Positions 1 to 12,785 of a DNA stretch of 59,172 bases are shown here, piece after piece. Within the stretch, counting starts at the first letter, position 1. Each line of letters begins with the position of its first letter. A program made the translations under genes and the position numbers. Under the pieces are notes generated by a model that was not told the origin of the DNA, did no database searches, and was given only the letters and a program-made list of their open reading frames with translations. Origin of the DNA: Octopus sinensis (Eukaryota); the NCBI RefSeq assembly GCF_006345805.1, contig NW_021832982.1, positions 1 to 59,172 on the forward strand. Reading direction: 5' to 3'.

Positions 1-562
1 GAGGGGTGAGGATGATAAGGGTGATGCTGGTGGTGGTTGGTGTGGTGGTAGGGTGCTTCTGGTGGAGTTAGTGGTGGTAGTGGTGGTGGTGGTGGTGCGA
101 GCGTGGTGGAGGCGGCTGCGGTATTTGTGGTGGGGGCTTGATGGAAGCTGTTGTGGCGGTGGTGGTGACGATTGTGTTAATGGTGGTGGCGATGGTGATG
201 GTGATGATGGTGGGAGAGGGAGAGACGGTGGGGGGTGTCAGTGGTGGTGGAGTTAGAGGTGGTAATGATTGTGGTGGCGGAGGCTTAAGTGGTGGTGGTT
301 GTGGAGGTGTACTTGTAACCACGATGGTAGAGGTATAATGGTAGAAGCTTGCAATAATGGTAGTTGTAACAGTGAGTTGATAATAATGGTGGAATTTCTA
401 ACGATGATGATGATGATGATGATGATAATGACAATAATGATGATGATGATGATGATAATGACGATGATGATGATGATGATGACAATGATGGTGATGATAA
501 TGATGGTGATGGTGATGATAATGATAACGATGATGATGATCATGATCATGATGATGACAATA

Positions 563-596
<34 letters not shown>

Positions 597-900
597 CGAT
601 GATGATGACGATGATGATGATGATGACGACAGTGATGATGACGATGGCGTTGATGGTGGCCACATCTGCAATCGTAACCAGTATTGGTATTGCCGTTGTT
701 TGTATTTATAAAGGTGTTGGCGTTGGTGATTGCAACGTTGGTCGCAGTGGTGTATAAAAGCCATAGCTGTAGCGATTCTGCTATAGCAGAAAATGATAGC
801 GCTGGCGATGATATTGGTGATGATAGTGTTGTTATTGTTGTTGCTGCTGTTAGAAATGGTGGTGGTGGTGGTGAAGTCGAGTAAAATATGAATGGCAATA
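1..900. repeat. Compound (GGT)n/(GAT)n microsatellite field
   Basis: Long degenerate GGT runs and near-pure GAT runs (about 400-645). Confidence 0.95.
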
Positions 901-1604
901 CGGCGGTGACAATGGCGCTAGGTATGTTAGCGTTGAAGGCAATGGCGACGTTGATGGCGGGAGGATTCGAATGAATATGAATTGTAGTATTGATGGAGGG
1001 GGGAGAGAGAGTTGCTATGTATGGTTAGATAACGTGTTGGTGATGGTGAGATGAAGAAGAAAGGAAAAAAAAAAGATGGGTGTATTAATGGCGGCATTGT
1101 AACGACAACGACGGTGATGGTAGTATGAAGAGAATGATTGGAAACGGTGGTGGGAGGGAAGAACAATTGTGAGGGGGATCGCGCGCGCGGGAACGGAATG
1201 GAAGAAGCAGACGACAACGAGTTCATTCCTTCTGTTCGAATATTTTCTGATATTGATCCGTTTTTTCCCTTCTTCTTTCTGTCTCTCACTTTTCTTTCCT
1301 TCTCTCTCCTTCTCTCGCTTAAATTATTTTGTCTTTCTCTCTCACTTCAATTCTTTTGTCACTCCTTCGTTTTCTCCTTTCCACTCCTATATTCTTTTCT
1401 GTATCTTTGTTTCACATCTCTCCCTCTCTCTCTCTCTCTTTATCTCTTTTCTCTGTCTCTCTTCGTCTCCTCACTCTCTTTCTCTTTCTCTCCTTCCCTC
1501 AGTTCCTGTCTTTGTCATCTCTCACAAATATTACACCAAAGTCTTATGCTCACTATACATCCTCACCACTGGCGCCAAGAGCACCACCTTCAGCACTAGC
1601 TCCA

Positions 1605-2194
1605 ACACCACCTGCACCATCACCACCACCACAGCCACCACCACCAGTACCACCACCACCACAACCACCACCACCACTACCACTTCACAACCACCACCAC
1701 CACCACCACCACAACCACCACCACCACCACCACCACCACCACCACCACCACCACTACCACTTCACAACCACCACCACCACCACCACCACAACCACCACCA
1801 CCACCACCACCACCACCACCACCACCACCACCACCACCACTACCACTTCACAACCAACACTAACGCCACGTCTGCACGGCTCCACTTCTACAATTACCGC
1901 AACTACCACTGGCACGTTAATCAATACCATCTATATCATTGCCACCACCGCTTAAAGTATCCTCCTCCTCCTCTCATCATCATCATCATCATCATCACCA
2001 CCATCACCATCATCACCATCATCACCATCACCGCCACTGCGATATCTCCAAAAATGTCAACACGATTACCATTCCTAATTTCAACACAACAACCATTACC
2101 ATCATCCTCTCCACAACAATAAACGGCAACCATCGCCGCCGCTACCACCACCACCACCACCACCACAACCACTACTACTACCACCATTACCATT

Positions 2195-2228
<34 letters not shown>

Positions 2229-2230
2229 AC
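1605..2230. repeat. Compound (CAC)n/(CAT)n microsatellite field
   Basis: Near-pure CAC run 1605-1850; CAT runs 1975-2030 and 2190-2228. Confidence 0.95.
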
Positions 2231-3052
2231 AATGTTGCTACCCCATATTATACTGTTGGCGACGTTCCCAAAATTGATATTTCCATCAATCTAAATTTGC
2301 CTCTGTGTTGTTGGTGCAACTGTCAGAAACAACAGCCAAATGTGCCTCAAATGAGAGACTTAAAAATTGAGACACGTTAGATAATGAAAATCCAGATGAG
2401 CAATACTTAAAAGAAGCGCGAGATGTCCATGGTTGTAACACGTTTGGCCATAGGTCTTCTCAGAGCCACTGCTACGGACAAACAACGAAAACTAACGCAA
2501 ATTTAATCACACTCAGCACACCACCACCACCACCACCACCACCACCACCACCACCACCACCACCAGTACCTCCAACAGCACCAACAGCAGCACGAGCACC
2601 ACCATTTCCACCACAAACCGTCATCAACTTCCTTAACAATGGCCGATGATCTCAATAAGAGATACGCAACATGGCTGTTCAAGCAGTTAGAAATAGCATC
2701 TATATCTCTCTCAAATTACATTCTACGGTTTCTTAAAAAACAAAACAAAGCAAAGCAAAACAATGGATAATGTAGTTCTAGAAATACAAATTGAAGTAAA
2801 GGTCACAGTTGGAATGCCTTTTATAATGGATTTATTCAATGTACTTCGAGCTGAGTCTAAACAACAACACTGTTACCGGTGCCATTGTTTACACCAAAAC
2901 CATTGCCAAAAATAAGGAACCTCTACATTTTTTACCGATGGACCCCTTTGATTCCTGTTATACTCAGGTGGTCCCTCACAATCATTCAATGTTTAAAAGA
3001 GTCCTATTATTATATTTTTATGATTAGATATTATTAGGGAATGTATAAAAAT

Positions 3053-3321
3053 ACAGTTCTATATTTAAGAGATGAAGAATTATGTACAGTATTTACATTA
3101 TTTACACTCGACGGATATTTGTCCTCATCTTGTTTGTTGTTAACACAACGTTTCGGTTGATATACCCTCTAGCCTTCTTCAGATGCCTTGGGGAAATTTC
3201 GAACCTGGGTTCTCATTCCTAAGGTATTTTTCGATGTTATCATTATTGTTACTGTTCAGGTCACTGCTTGGAATCGAACTCGGAATCTTGAGGTTAGTAG
3301 CCTGCGCTCTTAACACTACGC
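3053..3321 (-). mobile_element. tRNA-derived SINE with hammerhead-like motif, copy 1
   Basis: Minus strand reads GGCGTAGTGTTAAGAGCGCAGGCTACTAACCTCAAGATTCCGAGTTCGATTCC (A/B boxes), then the body, then CTGAAGAA..CCGAAACGTT. Homologous to 3503-3712. Confidence 0.8.
3142..3187 (-). ncRNA. Minimal type I hammerhead-like motif
   Basis: GGCAU-CUGAAGA-A-GGCUA..CAACC-GAA-ACGU-U-GUGUU. Core boxes are present; stem I relies on wobble pairs and stem II is degenerate. Confidence 0.6.
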
Positions 3322-3334
3322 CGTATGTATACAC

Positions 3335-3413
<79 letters not shown>

Positions 3414-3502
3414 TATATGTATGTATGTATGTATGTATATGTATAAAACGATTAAGATAGAAATAAAACAGGATAAGCATATATGTGTCTCTGTGACTGT
3501 GT

Positions 3503-3712
3503 GTGTAGTGGTTAAGAGCGCGGGCTACTAACCCCAAAATACCGAGTTCAATTCCAAGCAGTGACAATAATAATAATATCGAAAAATACCTTAGGAATGA
3601 GAACCCAGGTTCGAAATTTCCCCAAGGCACCTGAAGAAAGCTGGAGAGTAAATCAACCGAAACGTTGTGCTAGCAACAAACAAGAGGAGGACAAATATCT
3701 ATCAAATGTAAA
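3503..3712 (+). mobile_element. tRNA-derived SINE with hammerhead-like motif, copy 2
   Basis: GTGTAGTGGTTAAGAGCGCGGGCTACTAACCCC..GAGTTCAATTCC head; same body as copy 1. The tail is interrupted by a Helitron. Confidence 0.8.
3626..3671 (+). ncRNA. Minimal type I hammerhead-like motif
   Basis: GGCAC-CUGAAGA-A-AGCUG..CAACC-GAA-ACGU-U-GUGCU. Stem I GGCAC/GUGCU pairs. Confidence 0.62.
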
Positions 3713-4219
3713 TCTATATATATAAAACTGTAGTTGTATGAGTGTCTGTCCCCTTCGATTTAGATTCCATAACTCCTCACATTTTGCGGTTGCGTGCAGT
3801 TTAACCAAATTCGGGTATCTTATAGTCGTGATTCATATCGAGCCCGTCTGGCTATTAGCGCGCGTCAACGATGAGTCTACGATTTTAAAAATAATTTAAC
3901 ATCATTTTTTATTCCATTTTAATGCATAATTTCGTGTGTGTTCGATGGCGGCGGAGTTGGCGTCCACGCTCACAGCTGCACCTGTTGCTTCTCCCCCTCC
4001 CTCCCTCGTGAAGCTGTGGGGAAGGGAGTGTAAAGAAATCAACGTCGTAAAGCGTTGTCAAGGAGACCAGCGTTCTTTTAGACAACGACTTCATGGCTTG
4101 AAGACACCAAACAGAAATGGCTAAGAAAGCCCGAATTGGCATAAGGGAAGTAACTCTCTAAAAATGCTTATATAGTTATTTCCCTTACAAACCCGAGCAA
4201 CGCCGGGCGATACTGCTAG
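3713..4219 (+). mobile_element. Non-autonomous Helitron
   Basis: 5' TC terminus; 3' hairpin CCCGAGCAACGCCGGG then CTAG. Inserted between A and T with no TSD; the SINE tail resumes at 4220. Confidence 0.88.
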
Positions 4220-4732
4220 TAATGTATAAAAATGTTTTGATATTTTGTGTATTGTCAAAGCATAATCAATTTATTGGAGATATATTTTAACAACAAAATC
4301 TTATGTGGATCCCCGCTTGAAAATCACTGATCCATATGATCGTTCGAGCTTTCAGGCGTGGCAGTAAAAATGTTTCTCAAATAACATCATGGATAATCGT
4401 CATCCAAATAGAGACACGAGAGATACGTAATGTAATCCAGCGCTTCAGAAAGAAACGGGATGGTTGTCAAGGAATGATTTCGATCATAGCAACAATGTTG
4501 ACGTCATAAAAATCACTTCCATCCATACTTATCAACTAACTTGTAGCAACCTCATCATCATCATCATCATCCTCATCATCACCACATTTCTACCATCAAA
4601 TCTATCACTTACCACCAACATCGTCGCTGCAGTTTAACAATGACACCAATAATATCATCTCCGCACCATCACGTACCTCTACCGTCAAATGCATCGTCGC
4701 CGCCACCAACTCCATTATTACAATCATCATCG

Positions 4733-4766
<34 letters not shown>

Positions 4767-4865
4767 CATCACCACCACCACCACCACCACCACCACCACC
4801 ACCACCACCACCACCACCACTATTAATACAAGTGATTCTAATCCACGTACAAGGCCGGGGATGAG

Positions 4866-5031
4866 ACGTTCTGAGTTCAAATTCCGCCGAGGTCGACTTT
4901 GCCTTTCATCCTTTCGGGGTCGATTAAATAAGTACCAGTTACGCACTGGGGTCGATATGATCGACTTAATCCGTTTGTCCGTCCTTGTTTGTCCCCTCTT
5001 TGTTTAGCCCCTTGTGGGTAGTAAAGAAATA
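4866..5031 (+). mobile_element. SINE family D (Meta/MESC-domain-like), 5'-truncated
   Basis: GAGTTCAAATTCCGCCGAGGTCGACTTTGCCTTTCATCCTTTCGGGGTCGATTAAATAAGTACCAG, a motif repeated more than 10 times in the window. Confidence 0.8.
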
Positions 5032-5417
5032 GATACTATCGACTCCGATATTTGACAAGTACTTTATTTTATCGACCCCCCTCCCCCACCTCGCCGAAAG
5101 GAGGAAAATCAAAAATTGATTCGAGAGAAATTTGAATTCGGGACGTAAAGAAATGAACCAAATATCACATAGCATTTTATTCGACGCACCGATTATTCTG
5201 CATGCCTACCGCCTCCTTACCATCACTAATTATGGTTTCTGATTTACATACATACAAGGCTAGCAATTGTGAGGTCGGTGGGCGGTGGGCGGTGAGAGGT
5301 GAGAGGTGAGTTGATTCCATCAACCTGAATTCTTAATTGGTACTTTATTGTATGGTGATGGAAAGGATTAAAAGCAAAGTTGATTTGGGTGAAATTTGAT
5401 CTCAGAACGTGAGGAAA

Positions 5418-5577
5418 CGCAGGAGTGGCTGTGTGGTAACTAGTTTGCTTGCCAACCACATGGTTCCGGGTTCAGTCCCACTGCGTGACACCTTGGGCAA
5501 GTGTCTTCTACTATAGCCTCGGGTCGACCAAAGCCTTCTTAGTGGATTTGGTTGGCGGAAACTGAAAGAAGCCCGTA

Positions 5578-5643
<66 letters not shown>

Positions 5644-6101
5644 TTACGAAAAAAAACAAAAGACGAAGACAGGTGGTGTACAAAACAAACAGCTGTATTA
5701 GTATAACGCTCAAGAATAGAAAAAAGTCTTTTACGTTTCAAGCCTACGCTCTTCTACAGAAAGGGACCCAGAAAAAAGGAGAGGAAAAAGGAGAGAAAAA
5801 AGGAGAGAAAAAAGGAGAGAAAAAAAGGAGAGAAAAAATGTGTGTAGTGGCCAACGATATATCATGGCGATCTATCATATATATCTATATATGTTTGTGT
5901 GTGTGTGTTTGTGCCCCCAACATCGCTTGACAACCGATGCTGGTGTGTTTACGACCCCGTAATTTAGCGGTTCGGCAAGAGAGACCGACAGAATAAGTAC
6001 TAGGCTTACAAAGAATAAGTCCTGGGGTCGATTTTCTCGACTAAAGGCGGTGCTCCAGCAGGGCGCAGTCAAATGACTGAAAGAAATAAAAGAATAAAAG
6101 A
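5418..6101 (+). mobile_element. SINE family A (CORE-like, internal TA/TG microsatellite)
   Basis: GGAGTGGCTGTGTGG..GGTTCAGTCCC head, CCTTGGGCAAGTG core, GGCGGTGCTCCAGC..GACTGAAA tail. Interrupted by a Penelope pLTR. Confidence 0.88.
5641..5877 (-). mobile_element. Solo Penelope-like pseudo-LTR with minimal hammerhead motif (5727-5764)
   Basis: Colinear with 26970-27190. Minus strand reads CCTTT-CTGTAGAA-GAGC-GTAG-GCTT-GAAACGT-A-AAAGA. Confidence 0.75.
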
Positions 6102-6529
6102 TAAAAAGAAAAAAGACGGAACAAATACCGCAAGGCATTTATTCCGACGAGGGGTTTATCGATCGAAGACATCGACCTCAGCACTCTACTGGTACTTCAT
6201 TTTGTCGACCCCCGAAAGGATGAAAGTTAACCCGGTTGGAATTGAACTTAAACTGTAAAGAGATACAATGAATACCTGAAGGGATTTTTTTCCTATGCTC
6301 TAGCGATTCTGCCAGCTTGTCGCCATTAAAATGCTTTTTTAATTATAGCAGAAAGCCAGATATTTCGGGGAGTTAGTCCAGTACATCGACTTTAGTATCT
6401 GACTGCTACTTTATTTTATCGATCCTGGAAGGATAAAAGGTAAAATCGATCTCCACGGGATTTGAACCTAGAACATAGAGATCTGCAACATTTATCGCAG
6501 GTCATTTTGCCCAACGCTCTAACAATTCT

Positions 6530-6938
6530 TATTTCTTTATTGCCTACAAGGGGTTAAACACAGAGGGGACAAGCAAGGACAGACAAACGGATTAAGTCGA
6601 TTATATCGACCCCAGTGTGTAACTGGTTCTTAGACCCCGAAAGGATGAAAGGCAAAGTCGACCTCGGCGGAATTTGAACTCAGAACGTAACGGCAGACGA
6701 AATACCTATTTCTTTATTATCCACAAGGGGCTAAACATAGAGGGGACAAACATGGACAGACATAGGTATTAAGTCGATTATATCGACCCCAGTGCTTAAC
6801 TGGTACTTAATTTATCGACCCCGAAAGGATGAAAGGCAAAGTCGACCTCGGCGGAATTTGAACTCAGAACGTAACGGCAGACGAAATACCGCTAAGCATT
6901 TCGCCCGGCGTGTAACGATTCTGCCAGCACACCGCCTT
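6530..6938 (-). mobile_element. SINE family D, tandem dimer with 18-bp TSD
   Basis: Two head-to-tail units flanked by CAACGCTCTAACAATTCT at 6512-6529 and 6941-6958. Confidence 0.88.
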
Positions 6939-7759
6939 CACAACGCTCTAACAATTCTGCCAACTCACTGCCCTTAAGAATAGTTTATAGACTAAGCAAA
7001 ATGCCTGAAATTTGAGATGTGGGGCGCGGTATTTAGCCGATCGTATCGGCCAAAGTGCTTGACTGTACTTTATTGTTACTGTCCTCGAAATGATGGAAGG
7101 CAATAGTTGACCTAAGCAGCATTTAAACTCTGGCTCTAAAGAACTGGAATTAGTACCGCATAGCATTTTGACCGACACTCTAAAGATTGTGCCAATCCAC
7201 CCCGCTTGATAATGACAATAATCACCCCGTTGACCATCGTATTCCTCTCAGTCAATAACGTGACCATCACTATGTCCAGCATCACCACTACCAGCAGCAC
7301 CACCACCACTGCCACCACCATCAGCAGCCACACAACCACCATTATCAACTTCACCATCACTATAATCACTATAACGGCTTTAAGGGAAAGGACACGTTGC
7401 TGCACGTGGTCCTGGATGGAGACTACGTTTAAATGGTAAGACGTGGACACGGCTGAAATGTCTTTGATCAAAGGCCTGCTCGATCAAAATTGATCCGTAG
7501 CGAAACTGCAGCACCATCGCCACCATTACTATCAATGTCACTCGACCTACTTAAAAATAATAGTCAAATAGCCCTCAAATCACATTGTAGCGTCTTTAAA
7601 ACGGAAGGATACATTACATAATATAGTCTCAGGTAAAAAAAAAAATTGGGATGGTCATGCCTGGAATGCCTTTTATCATAATCATCGTACCCGAAGCTTA
7701 ACAACAGCAGCAGCAACAACAGCAGCACAACGAAGACAGCAAATAATGCACCAAGTACA

Positions 7760-9860
7760 CCACCACCACCACCATCACCACCACTTACACCACCACCACC
7801 ACCACCACCACTTACACCACCACCACCACCACCACCACCACCACCACCACCACCACCACCACTTACACCACCACCACCACCACCACCACCACCACTTACA
7901 CCACCACCACCACCACCACCACCACCACCACCACCACCACCACACCACCACCACTTACACCACCACCACCACTTACACCACCACCACCACTTACACCATC
8001 ACCACCACCACCACCACCACCACTTACACCACCACCACCACCACCACCACCACCACCACCACTTACACACCACCACCACCACCACCACCACCACCACCAC
8101 CACCACCACTTACACCACCACCACCACCACCACCACCACTACCACCGCCGCCACAAATAACATGAACATGTACATAGCTTGATCTGCTAGCAAACGCAGC
8201 CAAATTCCCCGGAAACCATAATCCTACAGTTTTAAAAGAAAAAAAAAAAAAAGAAAGGGTAGGAATAGTTTTATCTGAATAAGAAACGAGGCAGCCAAGG
8301 TTTAAGTATCCTTGATCATGGTTCTGCTTTGTGGCTAAAGTCTGGATCAGGCACGACTTGAGGTAAACGACAACAACATCAACAACAGCAACAACATCTA
8401 CAGTGAGCCAGGCAATATATGTTATGACCATTTAACATTTAACACCGTCAACAGCAACATAATAACGCCACATCGTCACCACCGCCGTAACCACCACCAC
8501 AACCGTCGCAACCATCACTATCACCAGTATCATCACCAGCAGCATCATCACTGCTACTCAAATACCGCCAACAACAAAGCTATAACGCTCCCATTACCAC
8601 AATCACCAGCAGCATCACCATCACCGCTACATTTCCGCTGCTCACAATAAGGATATCACACCACCACCACCACCACCACCACCACCACTATCACCACCAA
8701 CAACAACAACAATAACATCAATAACAGCAACGACAACAACAACGAAAACAACCATCTTTACAACCGCCACCACCACCACCACCATCATCACCACCGATGT
8801 AGCAACCATTAGTATCGAAAGCAATGCTATGACGCTGCTACCACAGCCATCACCACCACCGACACAACCAACGCCATCACCTCGGTAACGATATAACTCC
8901 ATCGCAACCACCATCTCCATACCACCACCACCACCACCACAAACAACAACAGCAACGCTACAACGCCTTCACATTCAGCACAACCGCACCACTGCTAACA
9001 GAAACATCGCTACGACGCCACCACGACCACCATCGTAACACCACGGCTACCACCGCTACCCATGTCATAACAATCACCATCACACTACTACCAACAGCTA
9101 CCAACGCTCTTCTACGTACAGCAACGCTGTAACGCCTTCATGCTGCCAACAACAATGCTATAACGTCACCACAACCACCATCACCACACCACGGCTAGCA
9201 ACGACAACGCTACAACGTTACTACAACCGCCATCGCCACAACGCTCCTACCAACAGCAACGCTACAACGCCTTCACTCAGTACAATGACATCACCGCAAC
9301 CGGCAAGAACGCTACAACGCCATCACAACCACCACCGCCATACTAACAGCTGTGTACTGACGGCAGCAATGTAACAACGCTTTCACAACCAAAGCAGCCA
9401 AACATCCACCGTCTGTACGTTACTGATACCAACAACATTTTTACCACCACAATCATCATTATCACCGCTACTTTCCCTCTACCAACAACAAAGCTACGAT
9501 ACCATCACAAACATTACTACCACCACTACAAGTAATAACGCTTCCAGCAACAACGCCATTGTAACCAACAACACCTTAGTAACACTACCAGCCGTAACAC
9601 TATATCGCCTTCACAACCATCGCTACCGTACAACCATTAGTATAAGCAATACTACAAAACTATCTCAACCAAATATTGCTCAAATTACAATGGAAAGGCA
9701 ATGGATGAAGATGGATTTGTCACTGCTTGAACGTCCCTCCTCATAGATTTCACAACAGTAACACTACAACGCCAACGTAATTACCGCTGTTTCTCGATCA
9801 CACGGACAGCCACGCTTACAACGCTATCACAACCACCACCACCACTAACGTATCCATTCT
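7760..9860. repeat. (CAC)n array with periodic ACTTAC interruptions, followed by a decayed CAC/CAA field
   Basis: Pure tract 7760-8150; degenerate AACAACGCTACAACGCC-like units to about 9860. Confidence 0.85.
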
Positions 9861-10417
9861 GCAGCGTATTGGCAAAGGCGTTTCAGTGACGGATGACATA
9901 CCTTGCACAATTAATACTAGTTTCCTTGCACTGTGAGTTCAATAACAGTCAAAATGACCTTCGTCTTTTGTACGCCTGGGATTGATATAAATAAAGCACC
10001 AGTCGAGGCCAGTTTCATTAGATTGCCTTGCCGCATTTGTTCCTCCCCGCTCTTCAAGTTCTGAATTCAAATCCAGTCATTCACTTGAATAGTAGACTTG
10101 ACTCGTCGCTCTGTTGCAAACCCCGCCGGTTTGGTTCTTGGGTAAGTTAGCTCCGTCCATTCTTTTGCAAAGATTCGAGTTAAGTTTCCAGTTTGAAGAT
10201 GAGAGGCTGACAGCCTTTCTCTCTTCCATATATTCTCGGAGAGCCTAAAGAGGTTCACGGGCACTGATCCCTCCTATCCCCCCTGCTGGTGATCAAATCC
10301 TTTATCAGGCCTGAGATTTGGTGGTGGGGGGGGTCGAGCTAGCCAATTACATCGAACCCTTAGTGCTTAACTGGTACTTATTTCATCGATCCCGAAAGAA
10401 CGGAAGGCAAAGTCACC

Positions 10418-10449
<32 letters not shown>

Positions 10450-10459
10450 AAACAATAAT

Positions 10460-10496
<37 letters not shown>

Positions 10497-11709
10497 GCAG
10501 CAGCAGCAGCAGCGCTACTATTTACTATTCAAAATACTACTATGAATGGTAGCGTAACAACGCTATCAACACTATCGCAACACGATCACTACAGCGCAAT
10601 AACATCATCACCACCGCCGCCGCCATACTATCACTACCACCATCATCAGCAGCAGCAGCAACGCCGTAACACTATCGTTACCAACCGCAGTGTAAACCGT
10701 TAGCGTCGTTACCGCCGCCTCACAACCACAGCCCAACAGCAGCAGCGCAATAACGCAGCTACCATCCCAACTGTCACCACCTAACACCAACCACCACCAC
10801 CATTACCACCACCATTACCACCACCACCACTGCCACCGTCACCGCCGCCGCCGCCACCAACACCGCCGCCGCCACCAACACCGCCGCCGCCACCGCCGCC
10901 ACCGCCAGTAACCTGAGTAACGTAACGCCACAGCCATCCTTACAAACTCTTATTTATACCAATAGCGCCAGCGAGAAAGCGTCTATGTGGTCACTAGTTC
11001 TGCTAGATATAGCAGTCAAATATCCTTGAAATTACTAAGAAAAGACGCAGTAGATCATGTAGTCCCAGATACAACGTCGCATGAAATAAGATGGGTTTCG
11101 TCTCAGCTGAAACGTCTATCCTCACTCATACTCAAAGGTTTTCCCGGATCAGGCTAACCTGGGGCTGAACAACAACAGCCAAAACCATGAGATCAATAAC
11201 ATCACTATCAACCGACAACCCTCTACCACCACCACTACTACTACTGCTACTACTACTGTAACAATGTTACTACCATGACTACTATTATTATTATTATTAT
11301 TATTACAATAGCCATAATTACCTCCCTTGCCTTGTGCAAGCAAACATAAATACATGTGTATTCAAAAATATGTGCACACGTACACTTATAAACAAAATTA
11401 GGTAATGCGTACATACGCACATATACACACGTGCGAATGAACACATAGAAACTCTCATGTACACAATCGTCACATACGCAGCCCCCCCCTCTCTCTCTCT
11501 CTTCCGTTTACAAAATCACAGATGTTTACTTATAGACATGCATACGCATTCATGTATAGATGAAAGAGAGAAAGAAAAGATAGATAAAGATAGACAGACA
11601 GACAGAGACATAGAAGGGAGGGACAGAGCGAGAGAGGGTAGAAGACACAAGGAGGAGAGAGACGCATGTATATTTGATTGGTTAATAGGTTCGCTTCGCA
11701 GCTTATGAG

Positions 11710-11998
11710 TGGAAGTGCAATAGCCCAGTGGCTCGCGGTCGGAGGATCGCGGTTTCGATTCCCAGACCGGGCGTTCTGTGTGTTTATTGAGCGAAAACAC
11801 CCAAAAGCTCCACGATGCTCCGGCAGGGGCTGGTGGCGACCCCTGTTGTACTCTTTCGCCCTAACTTTCTCTCATTCTTTCTTTTTGTTTCTTGAGTAAC
11901 GCTGCGATGTACTGGCGTCTCGTCCAGCTGGGGGGAACACATACGCCACAGAAACCGGGAAACCGGGCCCATGAGCCTGGCTAAGCTTGAAAAGGGCG
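11710..11998 (+). mobile_element. SINE family B head with V-domain-like tail
   Basis: tRNA-like head ..GGTTTCGATTCCCAGACC; tail GCTGCGATGTACTGGCGTCTCGTCCAG shared with 18253-18482. Confidence 0.78.
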
Positions 11999-12070
11999 AC
12001 GTTTTTTTTTTATCGCAGCTATGAGGTCCTGCGTTCGTTCCCACTACAAAGCAATTTGGACAAAAGCCGT

Positions 12071-12260
12071 TCCTGTGTAATAAGAAGTTTGCTTCCCAAT
12101 CATATGGTCCTGGGTTCAATCCCACTGCGTGACACCTTTGCGCAAGTGCCTTCTGCGATAACCTCAGGCCGACCAAAGCCAAGTGAGTAGATTTTATAGA
12201 TGGAAACTGAAAGAAGCCCGTCGTGTATATATATATATATACATATATATACATATACAT

Positions 12261-12297
<37 letters not shown>

Positions 12298-12552
12298 CAC
12301 GCGTGTATGTGTGGTGTGTGTAGTGTGTTTGTAAGTGTATTGATCCCCATCACAATTTGATAACTATTGTTGGTGTGTTTACGTCCCCGTAACGTTAGAG
12401 GTTTGGCAAAAGGATTCCATACCAGGTTTTAAAAAATTGCTGGGGTCGATTCGTTCGATTAAAATTCATAAAGGTGGTGTTCCAGCATGGTTTTTTTATG
12501 GGAACGTAAACACACTAACACCGGTGTCAAGCCTGATGGTGAACACAAACAC

Positions 12553-12604
<52 letters not shown>

Positions 12605-12785
12605 CACACACACATATATATATATATATACGATGGGCTTCTTTCAGTTTCCGTCAACCAAATCCACTCACAGGACTTTTGGTCGGCCTAAGGCTATAGT
12701 AGAAGACACTTGCCCAAGTCACCACGCAGTGGGACTGAACCCTGAATCATGTGGCTGGGGAGTAAATTTTTTACAGTCTCACCTA
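12071..12785. mobile_element. Two SINE family A copies, tail-to-tail (+ 12071-12490, - 12500-12785)
   Basis: Family A head, core and tail motifs in both orientations. Confidence 0.8.

Noticed and set aside
53-2277. Long poly-His/Pro/Thr/Met/Ile ORFs, and similar ORFs throughout the window
   Set aside because: They are translations of trinucleotide and dinucleotide microsatellites, open in several frames at once.
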